NCBI GenBank assembly: GCA_021107685.1
Contig: JAIOSH010000130.1
Span: forward strand, 1-29,592
From: Bacteroidales bacterium
Lineage (GTDB): Bacteria > Bacteroidota > Bacteroidia > Bacteroidales > SMBSF39
Direction: 5' to 3'
Length of the DNA stretch: 29,592 bases
The notes below the pieces were generated by a model. The model ran no database searches and was not told the DNA's origin. It was given only the letters and a program-made list of their open reading frames with translations. The translations under genes and the position numbers were made by a program. Positions 5,245-13,125 of this stretch are shown here, piece after piece. Within the stretch, counting starts at the first letter, position 1, and each line of letters begins with the position of its first letter.

Positions 5245-8200
5245 TTACTTTGGCACCTGGCATTTAAAGCCATCTTTCGGAATGTTATCCAAAACTTGTG
5301 AACCACTACCACTGTTCGGATTCCATAAATCAACTTTATCCTCATTTGATACATTACCATTCATATCAAAATCACCATTGTAATAGCCGGAATTACCAAC
5401 TTCAACAGCCCAGATATCATTTTTATCCTGGACAGATATTTGTCCATCTGAGTTTCCATCAGCACCTATCATACCATATACGCCTCCAAGATTTTTATGT
5501 CCGAGTGAACCTCCATAAACCTGACCTGAACCAGTTGTAAAATCATAAGAGTATGTTCCTCCATTTAGAGTTAATGCATTAGCAGACAATACTCCCAAAT
5601 GATTCCTGTGCCAGATAACTGCATATAGATTTTCTGTAATTGTTAGTTGAAATTCCGGTTCTATGCTGCCATCCATTCCCACAATTGTACCGTCTATAAG
5701 TATAAATGCAGCTTGTTGTGCAATCATTGTTGATGCACTTGCTGTTGAAGCATCTCCCGGTGTTTCCCGTAATTCAATTAATACCCAGTCAACAATATTA
5801 AGATTTGGCATAACAGCTACACTTTCAGTACCTGTATAATACCAGGGTGAAGTATTATATGGTTGTGATAATGGTAAATAACCGTATGTATTAAGAAAAC
5901 GGTACATCTCAGTTCCTAAATACGGACCTTCGAGAAATACTTTTATATCAAGTGATATTGAACTAATAACTTCGAGTGTTACAGGGATAATTTTCACGGG
6001 ATTAACAGGATCATTACTGTTAATAATTATTTCTGCATTATAAGTACCTATATTCAGACCGGTAGCATCAAAATGAACAGTTACATCAATAGAACCACCA
6101 TTAGGAGGAACTATGCCTGTACCATTATTTGTAATACTTAGCCAAGTATATGTTACAACATCATCCAATTCCATAGCAAAGAACCTGTCAACAGGAGTAC
6201 CTTGAGCAATTCCGCCTAAAACTACTTTTCCAGTAACAAGATCTGTTGCAAAAAATGCTCCGCCATTCATCTGATCTGTTGAATTAGTCAGTAATGGAAC
6301 CTGATATGAAACTCCTGTTAAGGATTGTGTAGCAATATCATATTCATAGAAACTTGTCTCGGGATTTCCCGACCTGTCATGTATCCACAGGCGGTTTGTA
6401 CGCTCATCATAAGCTAAACCATATACATTTGTTAAACCAGGATTATTAAGTGTACCATATTGAGTGCCTGTAGCATCAAATTCAACAATTTCGGTAGTCC
6501 AGTTACAGCAATAGAAATGACCGTTTGTGGAATTGTAAGCTAATGCTCTTATACAACCTAATCCTAAGTTCCCTGTAAATTGTGTTGTAACATTTCCATT
6601 AGAAGGATCAATTTTATAAAATCCATCTTCATCTCCTGCATAAAGATTTGTTCCATCAAATACCATATCTCTCATTCCCCAGTCTGTTGAAGTTCCCTGG
6701 TCATAATTATCTATAAGATTGCCTGAAATATCGAATTTGTAAAGTTTGTTTGCACCGCCTGCACCGCCACCTGTAGTCCATATATATGTTCCATCAAATT
6801 CGCAGCCAAGAATTTGGTTATCACCTGTTGGAGTTTCAACATCAAAATCAATAAGTATATCTCCTGCAACATCAGGTGGAGTAAATCCTATTGGTTTATA
6901 TGGTGAAAAATCAGCAGTAGTACTAGTTTCATTATGTTCAACTATGGTGCCGAGATTTAAGATTGATTTGAAACCAGAAGATTTTGTAATATAGTTGATA
7001 TTACAGTTATAATTCAGTTCGGCATTTCCTGTATTTGAAATTTGCATAATTTCATCAGCATTAGCATCAATGACGAGAATTTCATTGAAGTTCAACGGGT
7101 TTACGACAATTGATGGTGAGCCGGCACCTTCACCGATCCAGAAGTCATCAATAGCCATATCACTGGTATATGAAGAACCTGTAATGCCTCTGAATCTAAT
7201 TTTAATAGTTTCGCCGGCATAAGCAGAAATATCAGCCACCATTTCATACCATGAATTTCCCTGATTACCTGAAATAGCTGGAATTACATCATTAATCCAG
7301 GCATCATTATGATATACGTCAATATGGAGGCTACCCATAGCATCGCCATACATGTGATACCAGAATTTCATTTCAATCGAAGTTAAAGAGCTAAGATCAA
7401 ATTGTGGTGTTAGTAAATAAGCGATTTTATTAGGAAAATTAGGGTTTGTTGACTCGGTATATACATAATAGCCTGAACCTGTTGTATGGTCTCCTGATGG
7501 ACCGGTATTGCTTGATGGAGTGCCTCCCGAATTAACAGTCCAGTCAAAATCATCACCTGTATCATTAATCCATGCATAAGGCATAACTCCACCTTCTTCA
7601 AAGTCTTCTTCATAAGGCAAAGGTAATCCTGAAATACCATTACCTGTAACAGCAATTATCTCATCACCGCCTCCGGCATTGTGTGTGATAACTACATCAC
7701 CATTGTATGCCTGCACAGCAGTGGGTGAAAATGTAAGGTCAAAATTAGATGTTACACCGACATTTACACTGTAAGGCAAAACATTTTCAGAATTTGAATT
7801 TTTATCCAAAGCAATTAAATTATTGCCATTATCTTTGGCACTACTTACAGTATAGCCCGAAGGTGTAGTAATAGTACCGGTTAAAGTTGCACTACCGTCA
7901 TTATAAATAGAAAATTGTTTTGTTAAATTATCGCCAATAAAAACATTACCGAAATCCAGGTTAGAAGGATTAACGACAATAGAAGGACTAGGATTGCCGA
8001 TAGGCGGGAATATAATATAATCTATCCATGCACAGTCAGAGCCTGTGCTTACAGAATAATCCTTATCATATACCCATTTGAAAGTATGAGGGCCTGCAGA
8101 AACGGGATAACTAACTTCACCCCACGCAACACTACCTGCCCAACTGTTGAGAAGAGTTCCATCAAGCCAGAATTCCAGATAATCATAATTTGATTCTGAA

Positions 8201-11200
8201 GACACTTTTCTAAAAAAAGAAATATTACCGGCAGTTGTAACATCAAGAGTTATTAAAAGTTGAGAAGATTGATTATGAGAAATGGAGCCTGATTTAGCAC
8301 AATAGACGCCTTCATAAGGGCTTTCTGCAACAACAGACCAGTCGGCATTTCCGCCGAAAGTCCATGGGAACTTGGAAAAATCGCCTGTTTCCCAATCTTC
8401 AAGAACAAGACCTACACTCTCATAAAATGTATTATTTGCATCATAATTTCCTGCTGTAACGTCATAAATAAGATCAACTGCTGTTCCTAAAGGTGTTAAT
8501 GCGTCAACAGTTATATTAAAAGTAGCATTTACACTAGAGCCTATTCCTAATGTTCCCAGATTATCATTGCCTGAATTAATTGTAACATATCCGCTTGTTG
8601 TAGCAAGTGTTCCGATTGCAACAGATGAAATACTGTTTCCAATATTTGATGTTTCAATAATTATATCGGCAGTTTCTCCGGGGTCTAATTTTCCATCATT
8701 ATTTCCTACTGATGAATCATCAATAGTTAAATTACCTATTTCAAGTGAAGGTGCATTAGCAGTTATTGAGAAATATGAATCCCATGTATCATCTGCCGTA
8801 CCATTGACTGTTAAGTCAAAATTTATAATATGCTGGTCTGGAATATCATCAGCAATAGTAAGTGCAAAAGCATCATTTTGTGTTGAAGTTGCACCGGCGT
8901 TTATTGTTCCCCAATCTTGGTAATTATCAGTAATAGTAACATAAGGATCTGTAGTTGATAAATAAGCATTAACATTATTAGCAGTTGCATTACCGAGATT
9001 TTCAAGAGTTATATGAAGTGTAATATTTTCACCATAATCAGCTAATCCATTGTTGTTACCGGTTATATCATTTATAACGCATGTATTGAAAAGAACATAA
9101 GGACCACTTGGTGGAATAATATTAACATTTGAAGTATATCTGTAATAATTTTGTTTTGTAACAGTAACTAACATTACATCACCCGGGTTTTGAGCAGGGA
9201 TAGTAATAGTAAGAGGTGTTCCTGTTCCTTCACCTGTACCTATGATATCACCGTTTACAGTAAGTGCAATAAAAGACCCCTGGTCAGCAGTTACAGTGAA
9301 GGAAGTAGCACCGCTAATAAGTGCAGCATTATGTGATACGGTCAGATACTGAGGCATTTCAGTATATACTGTAGTAAAGGCATCGCCGTGATGATGGAAC
9401 AGATGATAAGTAATTTCTTTACTACTGGGGTTATAAGGCCAGCTTGACTGTTGAAGGAAATATTTACCTGCTGCATTACCAAAAGCAGGAAGAATATCTC
9501 TTGAAGGAGGATTTGTTCCGTAAGTTGGCATAAATTGTGTCCACATATTATCATACATTCCCCATACATAAGTATCATTAACAAATGAATATGATGTTTC
9601 TGATGCTGCAATAATACCTAAAGCACGATGAGGGTAACGATGAAAGGCTTCTGCAAAACATTCGGTAGAACCATTATATTTTCCTGTTAAACAATTAATA
9701 GAAAAGACAAATACAAGGTCATTATTGCTTAAACCTGAAAGATCGCCAATATCGTAATCCGGTTCTCCCCATCCTGTTACGCCTCCATGATCGCGGTGTT
9801 GTAGCATAAAAGCACCACTATTAATGTCATTATTCAGGCGTGTAGCGTTTCCTCCCCAATCAGTAAGATGGTCAGGAGTAGCAGGAATATATCCGGTTCC
9901 ACTTGGTCCAAAATAATCTACTACCAAATAAGTATTTGAGTTTGATGACCATGAACCTGTGGGAGAGCCGCTATAGATAGCATTTTCGCGTACAGGATTT
10001 TTACCGAGACTGTGTTCCCAAAACCCATTTATTGATTCTGAGCAAATCTGGAACCAGCGTTCTGTTTGCCAACCCATAGCAGTAATTGGATGATCATAGT
10101 AATTTGGATTTGTTGGTGGTGTGCGTTCATGATTAAGGAATTTTTCAATAACAATCTGCAATTCTGATGCATCTCTTGCAGTCATTCTGGCAAGTATTAC
10201 ATCAGGAAGCTGATCACCGTCAACATCAGCATAAATGTTATCTGACACACAACTGCCATAGTTAGGCGAAATTATTGTATTACCGCTTGTGCCATAATCT
10301 CCTAATAAAAGCACGGCTGATGGCGGAACAGTCCATGTATTATATGCATTATCAATATAGTTCTCAATTGCTGTTGTTGTATTTCCACCTATTTCAGAAG
10401 TAGTTACAACACCTGTTTTTATACCCTGAAGAGTACGCCATACTTTTATTGAGTCAGCCCATGAGACAAAAGAAGGGCCATCAGGTGTAATAACAATATA
10501 TTCATAATCCGGTGAATCTGAATTAAAAGAACGGTTATAATCAATTTCCGGTAATGATTCCTGGTTAAGAATAGCATCTTTAATTATTGGGTCCCACCAG
10601 CGGCTACGAAGTCGATCTTCTCCGAAATGCCCGTTTCCTCCAATAAAAGTTATTTCAACCTGTAAATCTCTGTAAACAATTAATTCTTTGGTTACAGGAT
10701 TATATTGAAAGGGAGTAATGCCAAGCATAACTACATCTACACCACGTATTATACCTTGCTGCGATAGAGTTACAGGTTCGGCAGGATAAAATGCGTTTTT
10801 TGAATATATCTTAATATTTTTTTCATAATGTAATGGACCCTTATCAGTGTCAAGAGGAATACGCGGAGCAGGTGCTATATCCACACCCTGGTATGTTTCT
10901 GAACGTGATGCTATTATCTTGACAGAAGCAATTGCTCCCTGTGGTATTGCAATATAACGTCCTGTACCCGGAAGGTTAGGAGCTCCCTCATCATTTGGTA
11001 AAAAAATACCGGGGATTTGAATTGTCTGCATATTTTCACCATTGATAGCTTGATCAATAAAAGCGAATTTGTTAATAGAATAGTTTATTTTTACTCCATT
11101 CGAATTTTCACGTTCTATTGTGAAACCAGCGTTTCCCCAGCTATCAGAGTAAATAATTTCCTCTGCTTGTACAGTGATAAAAATTATCATTGTAAAAGCA

Positions 11201-11259
11201 AGCAGTATGCCTGATAGTTTATTTTTAACTGTCAGGACAAAATTGTTGTTCTGTTTCAT
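5245..11259 (-). CDS. Large secreted gingipain-like cysteine protease (peptidase family C25) with a multi-domain tail
   Basis: Signal peptide; C25 propeptide (PGAPNLP, YPAE...IRG.D......PFQYNPV); catalytic domain (YEYIVITP, VLLLGD, SDNIYAD.DGD.LPDV..ARM) with HRDHG His491 (9787-9789) and SINC Cys523 (9691-9693). Then Ig-like, two D..GN..G..D.GE repeats, an ETGDF domain, an ASH-like Ig, MAM, a probable propeller, a BACON-like domain, and a VFLEGPY/dockerin-like C-terminus. Confidence 0.92.
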   Translation of the reverse strand: MKQNNNFVLTVKNKLSGILLAFTMIIFITVQAEEIIYSDSWGNAGFTIERENSNGVKINYSINKFAFIDQAINGENMQTIQIPGIFLPNDEGAPNLPGTGRYIAIPQGAIASVKIIASRSETYQGVDIAPAPRIPLDTDKGPLHYEKNIKIYSKNAFYPAEPVTLSQQGIIRGVDVVMLGITPFQYNPVTKELIVYRDLQVEITFIGGNGHFGEDRLRSRWWDPIIKDAILNQESLPEIDYNRSFNSDSPDYEYIVITPDGPSFVSWADSIKVWRTLQGIKTGVVTTSEIGGNTTTAIENYIDNAYNTWTVPPSAVLLLGDYGTSGNTIISPNYGSCVSDNIYADVDGDQLPDVILARMTARDASELQIVIEKFLNHERTPPTNPNYYDHPITAMGWQTERWFQICSESINGFWEHSLGKNPVRENAIYSGSPTGSWSSNSNTYLVVDYFGPSGTGYIPATPDHLTDWGGNATRLNNDINSGAFMLQHRDHGGVTGWGEPDYDIGDLSGLSNNDLVFVFSINCLTGKYNGSTECFAEAFHRYPHRALGIIAASETSYSFVNDTYVWGMYDNMWTQFMPTYGTNPPSRDILPAFGNAAGKYFLQQSSWPYNPSSKEITYHLFHHHGDAFTTVYTEMPQYLTVSHNAALISGATSFTVTADQGSFIALTVNGDIIGTGEGTGTPLTITIPAQNPGDVMLVTVTKQNYYRYTSNVNIIPPSGPYVLFNTCVINDITGNNNGLADYGENITLHITLENLGNATANNVNAYLSTTDPYVTITDNYQDWGTINAGATSTQNDAFALTIADDIPDQHIINFDLTVNGTADDTWDSYFSITANAPSLEIGNLTIDDSSVGNNDGKLDPGETADIIIETSNIGNSISSVAIGTLATTSGYVTINSGNDNLGTLGIGSSVNATFNITVDALTPLGTAVDLIYDVTAGNYDANNTFYESVGLVLEDWETGDFSKFPWTFGGNADWSVVAESPYEGVYCAKSGSISHNQSSQLLITLDVTTAGNISFFRKVSSESNYDYLEFWLDGTLLNSWAGSVAWGEVSYPVSAGPHTFKWVYDKDYSVSTGSDCAWIDYIIFPPIGNPSPSIVVNPSNLDFGNVFIGDNLTKQFSIYNDGSATLTGTITTPSGYTVSSAKDNGNNLIALDKNSNSENVLPYSVNVGVTSNFDLTFSPTAVQAYNGDVVITHNAGGGDEIIAVTGNGISGLPLPYEEDFEEGGVMPYAWINDTGDDFDWTVNSGGTPSSNTGPSGDHTTGSGYYVYTESTNPNFPNKIAYLLTPQFDLSSLTSIEMKFWYHMYGDAMGSLHIDVYHNDAWINDVIPAISGNQGNSWYEMVADISAYAGETIKIRFRGITGSSYTSDMAIDDFWIGEGAGSPSIVVNPLNFNEILVIDANADEIMQISNTGNAELNYNCNINYITKSSGFKSILNLGTIVEHNETSTTADFSPYKPIGFTPPDVAGDILIDFDVETPTGDNQILGCEFDGTYIWTTGGGAGGANKLYKFDISGNLIDNYDQGTSTDWGMRDMVFDGTNLYAGDEDGFYKIDPSNGNVTTQFTGNLGLGCIRALAYNSTNGHFYCCNWTTEIVEFDATGTQYGTLNNPGLTNVYGLAYDERTNRLWIHDRSGNPETSFYEYDIATQSLTGVSYQVPLLTNSTDQMNGGAFFATDLVTGKVVLGGIAQGTPVDRFFAMELDDVVTYTWLSITNNGTGIVPPNGGSIDVTVHFDATGLNIGTYNAEIIINSNDPVNPVKIIPVTLEVISSISLDIKVFLEGPYLGTEMYRFLNTYGYLPLSQPYNTSPWYYTGTESVAVMPNLNIVDWVLIELRETPGDASTASASTMIAQQAAFILIDGTIVGMDGSIEPEFQLTITENLYAVIWHRNHLGVLSANALTLNGGTYSYDFTTGSGQVYGGSLGHKNLGGVYGMIGADGNSDGQISVQDKNDIWAVEVGNSGYYNGDFDMNGNVSNEDKVDLWNPNSGSGSQVLDNIPKDGFKCQVPK

Positions 11260-11318
11260 AATTTTTAAGTTTAATGTTTAATTAATAATATTAAATATTT
11301 ATGTTTTTTTTTATTAGA

Positions 11319-11326
11319 CAAAATTA
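11319..11326 (-). promoter_or_regulatory. Candidate -7 box (TAATTTTG) for the C25 protease gene
   Basis: TAnnTTTG on the minus strand about 60 nt upstream of ATG 11259. The region is AT-rich, so a chance match is possible. Confidence 0.4.
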
Positions 11327-11359
11327 TATAATAAATGGTTGCAATTTAAAAAAACTACA

Positions 11360-12247
11360 TTAGTTTAAACTTATATTCAAGGAAAGTCCATAAGTGTTCA
11401 AAGATGAATATGGTATTAACTCAAATGAATTAAAACTATTTCTGAAAATTGTTTTCCCAATGAAAGTACCGAGAACTGCTCCGCAAAAAACATCGGAAGC
11501 CCAGTGTTCATTATCATTAAGCCTTGAAAGTGCAGTTAAACCGGCTATAGAATATGATACAATACCAATCCATTTTTTATCTTTATATCCTGATGCAATG
11601 ATTTAAGCTATTGAAAATACAACAGAAGAATGTGCCGAAGGGAAAGAATTATATTTAAATTCAGAATTGAAAGGACCATCCCAGATTTTAGAATTTGGAG
11701 GCTCTTCCTGGTAAGGTCGATGCCTGTGAAATATTTGTTTTGCAACCTGTGCAAACCCTGCACTGATAATAAATGCTTTTATTCCTGTTAAAGCAATATT
11801 TTTAGCTCTTACATTATCAGATGAAGCACCTATTACATAAAATACACCTAATAAAGGTAATGTGTAAACACCACTTCCAAATGGTTCAAAAACATATTTG
11901 CTAATATCATCTTTGGCTTTTGTTTGGTTTTTTTGAATAAAATCGTATATCTCTTCATCCTGTGTATATATCAAAACCGAAGTTCCGAGCAGTGCAGCAG
12001 TAGTTAACCATTGTTTTCTCTTCCACGAAAAAGGTGCAATTATTATTTCTTTTGTATCAGTAAAATAGGATATAAAATATTCCTTATTCAGCTTTATTTT
12101 TTTTAGTTCTCCTGTTGTAAGTGTATCTTTATTTGATAATAAAGTATGAGTTGAATCATTTTGTGAATTAACATTTAAAAAACAGGATAATAATAATAAA
12201 AAAAATAATAGTGTTTTTTTAAAGGAAGTGTATAGATAGAGTGTCAT
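11360..12247 (-). pseudogene. PAP2-family phosphatase interrupted by an in-frame TAA at 11603-11605
   Basis: Codons 1-214 carry motif 1 (KQIFHRHRP) and motif 2 (FPSAH). After the TAA the same frame continues for 80 codons, IIASGYKDKKWIGIVSYSIAGLTALSRLNDNEHWASDVFCGAVLG...GLSLNISLN*, containing motif 3 (SR-x5-H-x3-D). The natural stop is at 11360-11362. Confidence 0.85.
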
Positions 12248-12253
12248 AATTAA

Positions 12254-13027
12254 TTATTCAGTTTCTTTTGCTTTATCCCAAAAGACATCCATTTCGCTTA
12301 AAGTCATTTCGTGTAAAGATTTTCCGAGTTTTTGTGCTTGTTTTTCAAGATATTGAAAACGTTTAATGAATTTTTTATTTGTTTTTTCTAAAGCATCTTC
12401 GGGATTTACATCAATAAAACGAGCATAGTTAATTAAAGCAAAAAGTAAATCTCCAAATTCATTTTCTTTTTTTTCTTTATTTGATTTATTTTCTACTTCT
12501 TTTTTTAATTCGTTCATCTCCTCTATAACCTTGTCCCAAACCTGATGTGGTTTTTCCCAGTCAAAACCAACGCCCCTTGCTTTTTCCTGGATGCGGTAAG
12601 CTTTTACTAATGGTGGTAATGAAACAGGTACTCCTTCCAAAACTGATTTATTACCTTCTGTTAATTTAATTTTTTCCCAGTTGTTTAGTACTGTTTCTGC
12701 ATCTTTGGCTTCAACATCCCCATAAATGTGCGGATGACGATAAATCAATTTTTCTGAAATACTATTTAAAATATCTGCTATATCGTATTCATTCATTTCG
12801 GAAGCTATTTTTGCATAAAAAACAATATGAAGCATCAGATCGCCTAATTCTTTTTTAATTGCATCCATATCTTTCTCAAGGATAGCTTCTGATAATTCAT
12901 AAGTTTCTTCTATAGTAAGATATCTGAGACTTTCCAGTGTTTGTTTTTTATCCCACGGGCATTTTGCACGCAACTCATCCATAATATTAAGTAATCGTTC
13001 AAAGGCAGCAAGTTGTCTATTCATCAT
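12254..13027 (-). CDS. mazG: Nucleoside triphosphate pyrophosphohydrolase MazG
   Basis: LRAKCPWDKKQT, IEETYEL, ELGDLMLHIVF, KLIYRHPHIYG, GFDW, EFGDLLFA: the two-domain MazG signature. Confidence 0.95.
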   Translation of the reverse strand: MMNRQLAAFERLLNIMDELRAKCPWDKKQTLESLRYLTIEETYELSEAILEKDMDAIKKELGDLMLHIVFYAKIASEMNEYDIADILNSISEKLIYRHPHIYGDVEAKDAETVLNNWEKIKLTEGNKSVLEGVPVSLPPLVKAYRIQEKARGVGFDWEKPHQVWDKVIEEMNELKKEVENKSNKEKKENEFGDLLFALINYARFIDVNPEDALEKTNKKFIKRFQYLEKQAQKLGKSLHEMTLSEMDVFWDKAKETE

Positions 13028-13043
13028 TGTATGTATTATGATA

Positions 13044-13051
13044 CAAATGTA
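13044..13051 (-). promoter_or_regulatory. Candidate -7 box (TACATTTG) for mazG
   Basis: TAnnTTTG on the minus strand 16 nt upstream of the mazG ATG. Confidence 0.5.
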
Positions 13052-13125
13052 CTATTTTTCATTAAGAAATATTTTTTTAGAAATTAATTTGAAAAAAGGT
13101 AAAATGAAGAAATCAAATTTTAATC

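Noticed and set aside
5026-5247. Stop read-through joining the C25 protease to the in-frame CTD fragment
   Set aside because: At least three in-frame stops (5245-5247, 5224-5226, 5155-5157) and a terminator intervene. The shared frame has a 1-in-3 chance probability.
11603-11605. Alternative genetic code explaining the internal TAA
   Set aside because: TAA, TAG and TGA all end intact genes normally elsewhere in the window.
11394-11606. 70-aa plus-strand ORF
   Set aside because: It is the antisense shadow of the PAP2 C-terminal segment, which carries the real catalytic motif.
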